The notes under the pieces are model-generated. The model made no database searches. It saw nothing but the letters and a program-made list of their open reading frames with translations, and had not been told where the DNA came from. Below, one piece after another: positions 12,674-25,948 of a stretch of 64,000 nucleotides of DNA. Both the position numbers and the translations under genes were made by a program. The number at the start of each line of letters is the position of its first letter. The stretch's first letter is position 1. Source of the stretch: Octopus vulgaris (taxonomy: Eukaryota); NCBI GenBank assembly GCA_951406725.2, contig OX597821.1:69192001-69256000 (forward strand), in the 5' to 3' direction.

Positions 12674-13183
12674 ATGGCCATAATAGATGAGCTTTTGATT
12701 TTTCACAATCACTTAAACCACTTTTTATGATGCACACGCATGTGTACACACACACACACGCAAACACATTTCTTCAAGGCCTTGCAACATTGAATATTTT
12801 GTGTGGATTTTTGCATAAATATACATGCCCATATACATCTAATGTACACACACACACATTCACTGACTCTTACACCCACACTAGGAGTAAACCTTGAGGT
12901 CAAATCCATTGGAATCTCTAAGGTAGTTCAGTACAGTACAAAGAACACTTTTCCGGTAACACTGGGGACCAAGTTGTATAGGTACTGCTTCATATTTTCC
13001 CTTGGGCTACTCCAGCTTAGGAAGGGATCTGCTGCATGAGTAACAGTTACTCCCTAACACACTCGAAACTCAGACATGCACTCTGGAGAGATGCTTATTG
13101 TGAGTAGATTCTTAGCCTTCTGATACTGGAGTATGCTATATCTATATCTACTGTCTGTATGTAAGTATGTGTGTGTTTGTGTA

Positions 13184-13247
<64 letters not shown>

Positions 13248-14588
13248 AACATTATTAATCAACATCACAGAACTGATGAATTAATATTCTGTATAAGTAT
13301 TATTTCTCCCTTTCAAATCTAAAACGACTTTTGATTGTAACCAATGAAAGAGTCTTTACAAAGTTACTCGACCTACTAGAAATAGCAGCCAAATCTCTTC
13401 TCAAATCACATTCTCTATCTCAAGAAAATGAAAGACACATCAGAAAAAAATAGTTGTACATATATTGTATCTGAAAAAGGAGTAGCACTTATTTTGATTT
13501 TTATAGGTCTTTTCTATCTGAGTTAAAACAACAATTTTAATCTAACGCTAAGAGAAAGGAAATTACACAGGTGCAACAAGAGAATCATTATGATTTCGAT
13601 TTAGTCTGATCCCATTCAACTTGTGCCTTGTTTAAACTATGTTCTCATCCTCTCTCTTTCTAGATTCTATAAACCCCAAATGAATGCAACTTGTCTAGAA
13701 GGCTTTTAACCCTTTAGCATTCAGATTTTTCTGTCAAGTGTAACACTTTCTTATTCATATTGTTTTGAATTAATCATGCATTATCTTGTAGCTTGGAGAT
13801 TTCGCTGATGTGATTGTTTATTTTTAGAATGACATTGTAGGGTATGTTTGAGAGGCCAAGTCTGCCCAGTTTGGGCTAGATATGGTTGGTTTGAATGTTA
13901 AAAGGTTATATTGAATATGAACTAATACAGTGTAGAGGGAAGCATTAGCCCTGCCTCACTGAATTTCTCTAGTGTTGGTGGCTCGATAAAACAACCCAGT
14001 CCATGCACAATGAGCATGAGCATCCAGCTATGAAAAATCATGGCCTACACCACATCAAAGATTGGTAGTTTTCGTTTGTTCTGTATTTCAAATGACTAAG
14101 GATTGTGACACAGTGGCACAATGCTAGACTTGAACAAACCTATCCAACCTATGCCAGAATGGAAAACTGATATAAAATCACCACCATCATCATGATCATG
14201 ATCATTATGATCATCATCTGACATTGGTTTTCTATGCTGGCATGATGATATATTTGTTGGCTGGACAAATCATATCTAATCTTGTGTGATCCTTTTCCTT
14301 TGGGTTACGTTCATTGAATTATATTCGATCAAAAGATAATGTTTCAGTATACTGATGTAGGTTTTTAATCTATCTAGAATCAAGTCTTTTTTCTCTTTTC
14401 TTTTTTGTTGTTGTTGTGTGTGCATCAGAATTGCTTCAAAGTCGGCAACTTACTGATTGACTTAGTTGTGTGTTCTATATTATTGTTCTTCATCTTTGCT
14501 CTAAATGTCACCATTTAACCTTTACATTTGTGTGTGTATATATGCCTATCAACATACGCACACATACATATTATACATACATTATACA

Positions 14589-14634
<46 letters not shown>

Positions 14635-15297
14635 CATCTTTTATATTAGCTTTGCTTTCTCTTATATATAGACGTTGGTATATTTATGTATGTTTATGTT
14701 TTTAGAATGTGTATGGTTAGATATACGAAAATGTGCATGCACACACACAAGTATGCACATTCATTGATGCCATGTAAGACAAAGAGAATTTAGTATTTAA
14801 AAGACTTCACATGATTTAATATTAAATCGCTATATCAGAAAATGAAAATATTTAATTTTTAACACACACACACACACACACATACATTTGTATAAGAAAC
14901 ATGTTAAAAATAAGGGGTCATTACATGTTTTTCCCCTATTGGAACAAATTTGGCTTACAGCTGTTTCCAGTAGTCATTACAGGTTTATTACTGATAGGTT
15001 CACTCAACTTGTCTATTGATCAATTGAGGAAAATTGAACAACCTCAAGAAAATTAATTTCCCAATATTTGTTCTACTCTCACACACACACATGCAATCTG
15101 TGATACACATATCCGCTTGAAAAGATATGCACACAGCCATTGTAATATCAGGCTAGAATATTCCAGAACTATTTAAAGTATGATCAGAGAGATAGTAAAA
15201 TGTACTTGTTTATCCACTATTAGATATCCTATAAATGTGCCATAATAATCCTTTGTACAATGATAATTATTTCACTGATATCCATCTATGTCTGGAT

Positions 15298-15986
15298 CGG
15301 TGGCGGCTTGTGTATAGGAACTGCGGAACTGCAGCACCCCCTATTTCCACTCAGTATTGTCGGTAACATTCAATATAATGAGTCCTTCTTTGCTTTAATT
15401 CTTTCTTTATACTTGTACATTATATAATCCTTAAACTTAATGTCAGTAGCCATCCCCTAGTTTATGGAAAAATACAAAAATCCTTGTATAGAACTGCGCT
15501 TCACAGTTCCAGCGATGTGGTGTTTGGCTGTTTTGCACATGCTTACATGTCCAAGATAGGAAGCTTCACACTAGGGAGAGAGAGCACTGCGTGAATGACA
15601 GTGCCAGGTGAAAGATAGTGTTTCTTTTTGACTCCTCGTGTGTTGTACTTAAAAACCTGTTCATATTCTTGAATGTGATATAGTGTAGAATTATATTATT
15701 ATCCTGCTTCCAGCTTCAGTGTTGCTGCCAGGATTTGAAAAATAGGGCATATTTCCCCACCTTATTTTGTGATTTAAAGGGGATTTTTGTAAAACAAGGG
15801 GAATTTGTGGCAGTGTTCAAGGAATGAATTAAACACACTACCTGGTAGTGGCTAAAACGTGAACTGATCAAGTTTTTGTATAAATTTTCTTTTTATATGT
15901 TTGTTTTGTTTTACACAATATTAAAACAACAACCAAAAATTTTCTGAAGCAGCACCCCCACTAATTTTATCTACGAGCCGCTACTG
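15298..15986. mobile_element. Non-autonomous hAT-type DNA transposon (689 bp)
   Basis: TIRs CGGTGGCGGCTTGT / ACGAGCCGCTACTG (11 of 14 match), exact 8-bp TSD GTCTGGAT (15290-15297 and 15987-15994), subterminal GCAGCACCCCC at both ends. Confidence 0.9.
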
Positions 15987-16667
15987 GTCTGGATGTATGT
16001 GAACATGTTTTTCTATCTTTTATATACATATACAAACACATGACTTATATCTGCAGTTGAGTTTCCATAGATGTGAAAGACACTTTCTCCCCCCTCACAC
16101 ACACACCTCTACCACTCTCTCAATTTCATATTTAATTTGCAAAATTTGTAATGTGAAAGTGTGTTGAAGCATTTATCATTATACTTTGGACAGGTCATTC
16201 TGCTAATAAAAGCACTTATACATATATATATATATATATATATACGTGCTTGGCAAAAATAAATGACACTTAGCAACAATATACAAATAAATAACAAAGT
16301 CAAGAAGAAAAGCATAAATAATGCTTAGCAACATACAAACAACACAAAAAGAATGGAGAAGGTCACATATGTGAAATGAAATTATTTTCAACCAACAAAA
16401 CAAACAGGCTAATCAATCAATAACTTAATGGAGTAGTTAAAACTAGAGTCCACTATAACCAGTGCACATGTTTTATTGGTAGGGTTGGTTCCCTCAAAGT
16501 ATAACTGCATGCATGTATGCACACACAAGTGCGCACACACACAGTGTTTTGGAGCCAGAAACTGATTCATCAAAGTTTCCAGACACCAAACCTCACTTGT
16601 GAATCATTCGTCAACCAAAGGCTGTAGTAAGGGATACAACCATACATTCATGCCCCAGAGCCTAGAC

Positions 16668-17620
<953 letters not shown>

Positions 17621-20600
17621 AGATAAATTAAAAAATGGAGTTAAACACAGGTGTTATTCAAATCTTTATACTTCCAACATATAATGTTTCAAAGAAAGCA
17701 TTGGTATTATCCCTGAGAGAATAAAATGGTTGGTATATATGTATATATATATATATCCATTTAATATCCTCTTTCCCATGCTTGCATTGGCCAGAATGAA
17801 TTCATTGAGTTAGATTTTCTATGGCCGAATGCCCTTCTTGTCACCAAACCTCACCTGTTTACCAAACAAAATAATACTTCCCATGACCAGGCATATTCTC
17901 GATGGAAGATAGAAAACAAACAATATGTTCATTTACAAGCAGCACGGGAAGATGAGAGTGTGTGTGTGCACCCCCCCCCCTACTTCTCCACATATTTCAA
18001 TATTCTAGATTTTAAAATCTGTTAAGAAAGTGGAAATAGGGCTAACTAATTGTCTGCACAGTTATAATTAACTAATCAGTTATTTTTTTTGAAATGCTAA
18101 CGTTATAGAGGAGGAAATGTCATGTGCATGCTGGTCGTATTAAATCAGATAATCAGAATAGCTTTGATCATGTCCTTTGTTAATAGAATGATAACTTCTA
18201 CAATCCTCAGATTTCCAAAATTTCTTTCCGTAGCCTTGACAGTAGCTGTGATCATGTGATCATATGACATCTATCCAGATGTTTTTTTGAGAGAGGAGGC
18301 TTTTGTATAAATGCAATTTTTAATGTGGATATACTGCCCGCAAATAGTGCAACCAATGAGAGAGATCAACTGCATTGATTACAAATTTTAAGGTATATTA
18401 TGTTGTCCCATGAACATAGGTCCACAATGTTCATGAGGCAGACAGAAACATGCAGACATTGTTGCTGTATGTAGGTTGTCTCTCAGATAGGTATTTTTTT
18501 CACAGAAGCTGCAGTGTATGCTTTCTGTATATTCTGTCACTCCCTCCAAAATTGCAGCAGTTATTCTATTCTATCATTAAAATGTGGCATTTTAAAATGT
18601 GAAATATTGGCTTTGATGTAAACCTTCTTTGGTTATTATATTATCAAGCTTTGTTGTTTTGCAAAGGATGCTGGGTAGTCATTGTCCATTAACTTCCTTT
18701 AGAACTTCTTGGTATTGACAGCTTTATCACCTACTTTACTGCATCTGTTATGTACATATATTTCATTGTGTGTGTAAGGCAACAAGCTGGTAGAACCATT
18801 ACCATGCCGGAAAAAAAATGCTTAGTGGCATTTCTTCCAATGTTATGTTCTGAGTTTAAATGCCACCAGGGTCAATAAAATATGTACCAGTCAAGCACTG
18901 AGGTTGATTTACCCACTCCCTGAAATTGCTGGCCTTGTGCCAAAATCTGAAACCAATATCTCATTGTATGTAGGGTTGGATTTCTAGTGCATGGATAGAT
19001 GCCTGTAAACAGCTCTTACAATGGAGCCTTTAATATTCAAATTACTCTGTCAAATGTAGTACTTGCTTTTAGAGATTTCGATGATGAGATGGCCAGTTTC
19101 TAAATATTGTGGCCAGATATGGCCAGTTTGAATGCTGAAGAGTTAATGGACCTTTTTTCTGTGATTTTAAGTTAGAAATGAAGCAGGCTGTGAGATCCAT
19201 TGTTGGAATGTTCCATTTGAAAGTCAGTGTGTTTATCAATGTAATTGAACATGTTAAAATATATACATATTAATTGCCTCTTCACAAGAAGTCCTTATTA
19301 GAACACCTGCTAAATATCTGGAAAAAAAAACTCCGGAATAGCAGCTGTTAAATCATTGTGTTGTCACCAGCTTACATATTTGTAATGATCATTAGACTTG
19401 ATATACTTGATCCCAAAGTAGCCTCAGTGTCTATTTAACACATTAGTATTTAAACTGGTCATATCTTCCCAAATATTCAACCTGTTTTATGATCAATCTC
19501 ACACCAACCCTACAATATCATTCTGAAATATAAAGTTATCTTATCAAAATCACAAAGCTAGAAGCTTATGCAAGATTCATTCAAAATGCGAATAAATAAG
19601 TGCTACTTTCGACAGAATAATGTGAAAGCTAAAGGGTTAAATATGATATCACCAAGTTGGAAATAGGTACAATATAGTGGTCATTAAGACATGAAGCCAA
19701 AGCAGTAGAGTTGGTAAGAAGTGATGCGTTCTGTAATTAGGTTGATAGCTGGGAAAGCAGGTCCAGGTGTATAAAGGGAGATAACAAAAATATTGAAAAA
19801 TAAATATTTTTTTCCCATCTTTTGCACAACCTATTTGCTCTTCAAATTTTAAAGAAAATTGTGTTTGTTTGTGTGTGTGTGTGAGGATATTCCCTGCAGT
19901 ATATGTTCTGGCTATCTGCACTCTTTCTCTTAGTCAGATTTCCTTTTCACTCTTACATGTTTAATAAATAAATTAAGCATCCAGGGAGCTGGACTGATGG
20001 AATAGTTAGAGTTGGACAAGATGATTTGCAGCACTTTTTTGGTCTCTTCATATTTTGATAACCACATCTTAAATGACATTGGTGCCTTTGGAAGACATGT
20101 AACAGCTTGTCTTTGATTTTAAAAAAACAACAACAAAAAACTTTGCCTAGGCTTTTACAGGGAATTTTATAGGCACAGGTCTAAACTTAAAAAGAAATAA
20201 TGGATGCCCCAGCTATGTAGCTTCTCTATACTAAGACACTTGCACTTGTCCTTCTTTCATACTTGGGCCTCTCAACACCTGGCATAAAGCCAACCCCCCA
20301 CCCCAGCTCTCAAATACCCTATTCCTCCATTTAGTCAAGTAGGGTGGGGGGTGCTTTTCTTTTTCCTTTTCCTGCTCTGCAAAGTTACTTGGCAACCTCA
20401 CTAGTACCAGTGGCGCAAGAGAAGCACCCAGTACACAGTGTACAGTGGTTGGTGCTAAGAAGGACATCCAGTTGTATAAACCATGCCAAAACTGACACAA
20501 GAGCTCACTGCCACCCGACTACTTGCCAGATCCTGTCAAACTGTCCAGTCCTTGCCAGCATGGAAAATGTTAAATGATTATATGTATGTGGACCTGCACA

Positions 20601-21158
20601 CATACAGTATTGATCTTATATCTACACACACACACACACACACACAGACACACAGACACACAGACAGAGTTTAAGCTTCTCTTGGCATGCTTGTATTGTT
20701 TGTTTATCTTTTGGAGTCAGTGATATTTATTCATTTTTTTCTTTTTTTCTTCATTTTCATGTTCAGATAGATTTCATGTGCCTGCAAATTTATTCATTTT
20801 ACTTGAATATATGGTTATCAATAATTTATTGCTCTATATATTTTAATTGTTGGCTGGATAGAGTGAAGTGAAGGAAAGTAGCTTAATATATCTTGCCCAG
20901 GGGAAACACTTCATTGCTTGTAGTAAGTTTCAATCCATAGTTTTCAGCGTATATTATACTACAGCATGTTTACTCTTTCACCCCTTACTTTCTAATATGG
21001 TAAATAGCTTGCTCATTCTCTGCCAGATTTTTTGCTCTACTCTGAAGCTTAATTTAATTTTTGACTGCTTTGCTAGAATGGCAAGCATAATCTTTTCACT
21101 AAGATATTTATGTCTGATTAATTTCTGATCCAGTGGCTAGCTTATTGGTTTGTTGCTT

Positions 21159-21187
21159 ATGGCGAATTCAGGTAATGGACCTTCTTG
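21159..21187 (+). CDS. Candidate alternative first coding exon(s) of Abl (MANS + E via donor 21172, or MDLL + E via donor 21188)
   Basis: ATG GCG AAT TCA G|GTAATG (21159-21171) and ATG GAC CTT CTT G|GTAAGT (21175-21187). Both are phase 1 and lie in a repeat-poor island. Confidence 0.35.
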
Positions 21188-22505
21188 GTAAGTCGATAAA
21201 ACTATGCCAACTTACTTATCTCCTTCCTCTTCATTATGTTGATCTGGTTACAAACTGTTTAGAATCTTTTGCATGTAACATCGGTTTAAATTGTTTTTAG
21301 TTAATAGTATAATATCTCTTACGATACTGTTCCATTCATGTCCAACTGGCAGAAAGAGCTTCATGTTTAATTCTTTATATCAAGCTAGAATTTCTAATTG
21401 TTATTGGTGAGAGCCTTGATGTCTGCATGGTTTCACATGGCTGTTGTTAGCCTGTCAGGCAATATGAACACTGGGGAAGAGGTAATTTAGTTATTCATTT
21501 TCCAGTCTTTATATCCAAGCAGCATTCACCAATAACAACAATGCCATTTCATTTAAGAAAAGCTAAGCATACGTAAACTAGGCTTGTGATATTTATTGAT
21601 GCTGCTGATATTTGGATTATTCTTACTGTTATTAATTCTATTAACATCTGATATTGTGATTAATTTTGTTTTTCAGCAGCAACTACTGACTGAAGTTTGT
21701 GTAATATTTTAAAACTACCCGATTTTTATTTCCCTGACAGTAATTAATAGAATTGTTTTGTTTTTGTAATCCATATTGTTTGAGAAAGTTATCTCCTGAT
21801 GTTTTCATTTATATATTTATATATATACATATATATGTATATATGTATAGTCATACTATCTATCATTCATGGAGATTCCATTTATTGCCAATGTTTATTT
21901 TAGAGGTGTGTGTGTGAAAGAAAGAGAGATAGTATATTCAGTGTTACTTAAATATTATTCCTTCTTTCCATACAAGTATTATTTCTATAATAATAATAAT
22001 AATAATTTTGATAATGAATGATATAACAATTCTTTTGGTAGTGTTCTGATGTTACGGGTGACATGTTCTTCAGAAGCTGCTTTCATAAAAAAACATTTAA
22101 GCAATAATCATAGATTTACTGTTCTTTTACAATAAAACCATGCAAGTGATTTTTTTTTCTTTTTGAAAATTAATTTTATTTAAAAATAAAAACAAAAGCA
22201 CAAGCCTTTTATTAGAAACTATATTCTTGTGACCTATAATAGTCAGCATAGAAAACTAAAATAAACTATTGGAATTCAGTTTGAAAAGACTGCTATTGTC
22301 TTAGCTATTTTTTCTTGTCTTCTTTTCAATTCTAAGCTTCTCATCTGCCATAATGTTGACATTTGTTAGATACAAAAAAAAAACACAGAAAAAAGAAAAC
22401 AACAAACAAACAAACAAACAAAAGAGATGAAAACAAAAGAAAATTTTCTTTCATAGGGAAATGAATGAAAGAAGTAAAATAAAGAGTGGAATCAACTCAC
22501 AGAAA

Positions 22506-22545
22506 GCGGAAGTACATTATATGCTAGCATATTCCACTATCAGTT
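22506..22545 (+). promoter_or_regulatory. Candidate internal core promoter (ETS site, palindrome, initiator)
   Basis: GCGGAAGT (22506-22513), perfect 14-bp palindrome ATATGCTAGCATAT (22519-22532), ATCAGTT initiator-like motif (22539-22545). Confidence 0.35.
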
Positions 22546-22857
22546 TGATTAGTGCTTATTGACCAAGATTTGGTAGCTTTACTAGCTGGCTGCTTCACCA
22601 ACAGCTATTGCAGTCTTCTTTCCTTTCTTTGTCATCTCCTACTACTGCTACACAAGTGAGTAGAACATCAGCTGCCATTCTTGCGCTGAGCTCCCTCATC
22701 TTGCTTCTCTATCTCTCATGACTCACAACATATTCTTCTCTATGAAGCCTTGTTGCGGCAGCAAATTCTTTTTTAATTCTTCATTTTTGGAGTTAATTCT
22801 TTATTATGATAACCAGTGTATCACCATCCCTTGTCAACCCCCCTTTCTAATGTAGCG

Positions 22858-22867
22858 ATGAAAAGGG
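22858..22867 (+). CDS. Candidate alternative first coding exon of Abl (MKR + E)
   Basis: GCG-ATG AAA AGG G|GTAAGT: purine at -3, in-frame TAA at 22810-22812, consensus donor, phase 1. It lies about 320 bp downstream of an Inr-like motif in a repeat-poor island. Confidence 0.45.
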
Positions 22868-25800
22868 GTAAGTGCATCTATTGAAGTCTGTTTGAGAGTG
22901 TGTGTGTGTGCGTGTGTGTATGCTGCAAGTGCTGTGTTGCTTGTTTCCAGTCTGCTGCTATGAGAGTAGAACTGAACAACAGCACCAACTACAAGACAGA
23001 TCAATAAACACATTTATTTCATAATTGGTTTTTCATTTATCTAAAACTTTAAAAAATATATTTAGTGTTATTATTTTTTTCGATATTTATTTAATAAAGT
23101 AAAAGGTAATGCTTGCTATCGAGAGGGCTCATCAAATTTATAAATTGATATTTTGAGGTTTTAGATTTTTTTTTTTTTTTGCTTGAAAATAATAATGACA
23201 AAAGCTTGTACGTTACGGCTGCACTGTGACATTTCAATCAGTTAGTATTTATGACATTTTTTTTTACTTTTTAAGAAAAAATAAATAAGAAAAAATTAAT
23301 TTATCACATAAAGAAATAGTTTTGAAAGATATATAAATTCTAAACTAATTTTTATGGTTGCTGGATCTGAACGGCATTTAGCTGGAGTAGCATTGTATGA
23401 TAAAACATGTGGTTGTTGTCTAGCGGCAGACTGAGAAATCTGATTTTTTTATTATTTAATGTCTCCAACTTCCTATTCATTGTCTGTAGACATGACCGTG
23501 ATAAATTGCAGCTTCAGAAATCACCTTTCATCACTTCACTTATTGTTAAGCACGTCTTTCATGTCACCGAAAACTCTGTCTTTGGATTAATTTGTTCTGT
23601 ATTTCTGAAAATAATGTTTGTAAATGCTTCTCTATGTCTTTAACTATAGTCATTTAAAAGCCTTGTGACAGATACAAATATAATAAATATAAAGTTTTAA
23701 TTCTTTTTTTTTTTTTTTGAATGCCATGAGTATTGTATACAATAAGTTCATTATATATGAATGTGTAGATGATTTTTCACAAGTAAGCACTATTAAGTGC
23801 CTCACCTGACTAACTGCTTAACATGTACCCTGTCTAAAATGGCATTTTTTGCTGCCTTAAAAAATTTGTCTATTTTTTTTAACCTAAAAACTAAAATTGT
23901 TTCAAATAGTCTCTAAGGTGTGAAATGTTTGCAAATATAAGCCTAACTAATCATCTATGTATTTTTAATTAGAATTTTTTTCATCTTTTTTTCTTGTTAT
24001 TCCTTGCCATTTCACTTCTACCAAAATTGTCAATTTACAAAGGAGTTTTTCAAAGTTATTGTAAAGAATATTTATATTAGAGAAACACCAGTGTTGGTCT
24101 CTTAACACTGATATTATCCAAACTAGAATATTACTCCTGGTACCTATATATTTTCTCTGTATAAGTGCTAATTATCTACATGTTTATGTAGTGCGATCCA
24201 TCTCAAATAATGAATAATGTTGTCTGAAAGAAGAGTATTAACGACTGCAAGATTTAATTGGTTGAACTTAAGTGAACTTTAAAATTAATGGCAAAATTGA
24301 AAGCATCAATTTTGTTATAACTCACTAGTTTTCCTCTCATCGTCATTAACATCTTTAAAAACTTTTACCTTAGTTACCTTCAAATAATAAATTTTCAAGT
24401 AAATATATTTTTTTCTGTTTCTCAGCTTTAACTTTTATATTTTAGGACTTAAACCTAAATACTTACCAATTGGCATTAGGGTTGTGTATTACTCTTGTCC
24501 AGCTCACATTATTAATATGTGGGAAAATGCCGTTTTCAAGAACACATTGTGCCATTGTTTCGAATCCACTTCTATTGAATGCAATCTGTATATACCTTGA
24601 TTGTTACAACTAAAAGTGGCTATAATAATTCTCGTGCTATTTCCAGACAAGCGCTTGTCTGGAAGACATATAGTGTGTGTTGGGGGTGCGGTGTGGTGTG
24701 AAGCTTTAGATTCCATATCCTTCACATAGCTATTTTTACCATCTTATTTTTTTTCCCCTGCCTGTCATGCTTATCCCTCACGACTTTTAAATTTGGTTCT
24801 TACTAAGAAGTGCTCATTCAGCATAGTTTTGTTTATTGTTAATATGCCCCAGGTCGTCTCTAATTGAGCAAACATATAAACGAGGATCATTCTTGTCATT
24901 CTCCCTGGCTTTGCTTATCTAATAGCTCCTTTCTTTCTGAGATAGTACAGGTGTTATTGGAGGGAGATTTGGTTGCTTTTCTAGTAAATTGTGTAACCAA
25001 TAGATACTCCAATGACAAACTGTAACCGTGGCCTAATTTGTTTGACCTATCTGATGTCAATTTGACCTGTTGTAGAAGAAAAAAAAAGTTATTACAAGTA
25101 GAAGAAAATAAAACTGTATGGTATAGTACTCTGCTATCTTCCATTTTTATACATAGACAGTCTGGTTCTAAAATAAGAGCTGTTTACAGATGAATACAGG
25201 GAAACTAGCAAAATATATTCATCAAAATATCATCATCTCATCAGTATATCTGAAATGTATCTTTATTAATCAATTTGTTCTTTATTAGATATGGGCTTAG
25301 TGGAAACCTAGTATAAATCACAAGATCTATTGAATTTGTCTGCGTTTTTTTTTTTTTTTAAATATAAATTAATTATTCAATTAACAATAGTTTTTAGTAA
25401 ATTTCAGAAATAAGAACACTTCATAAGTGTTAAAAAAAAAAAAAAGGAATTATACCATGCATAATACTGTAAAGATACAAATTAGGAAAAAAAAGAAGAA
25501 AAAAAGAAAAAAGAAAGAAAAAGCCTCACCAAAACATACCTTTTTGGCCTAGATATTGCTGTTATTGTCAGACAGGGAGGGGAAGGGTACCATATTTTAA
25601 CAGCTTGCTTCAGCAATCACATTGACAAATGTTGTAGTGTGTTAGGGTTCTTTTGTTGTTTGTAGCTGTGTTCTTTTGTTGTTGTTTTAAGCTTTCATCT
25701 TTGTTTTATGCTTTATTTTTATTATTTATTTATTTCATTTTTTTTTGTTACTAAGCTTTCATTCTCTGAACTTTCCATTATAAAACAATAACAAACATAA

Positions 25801-25875
25801 TTGCAGTGAGATAAAGGTGTGTGAAGGTTTTTAGAAGAGTCTGTGTATGTGTGTGTGCATGTGTATATAAGTTAA

Positions 25876-25948
<73 letters not shown>

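Larger units (their letters stand above)
12150..12705 (-). mobile_element. Degenerate RTE-clade LINE 3' fragment, split by the hammerhead element
   Basis: Removing the insertion and one TSD copy gives minus-strand NQKLIYYGHI*RSRSLENITIKRNIEGRRSRGKQRTQWTDKIKSW, the typical RTE ORF C-terminus (GHI.R ... G.R.RG.....W.D). Confidence 0.75.
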
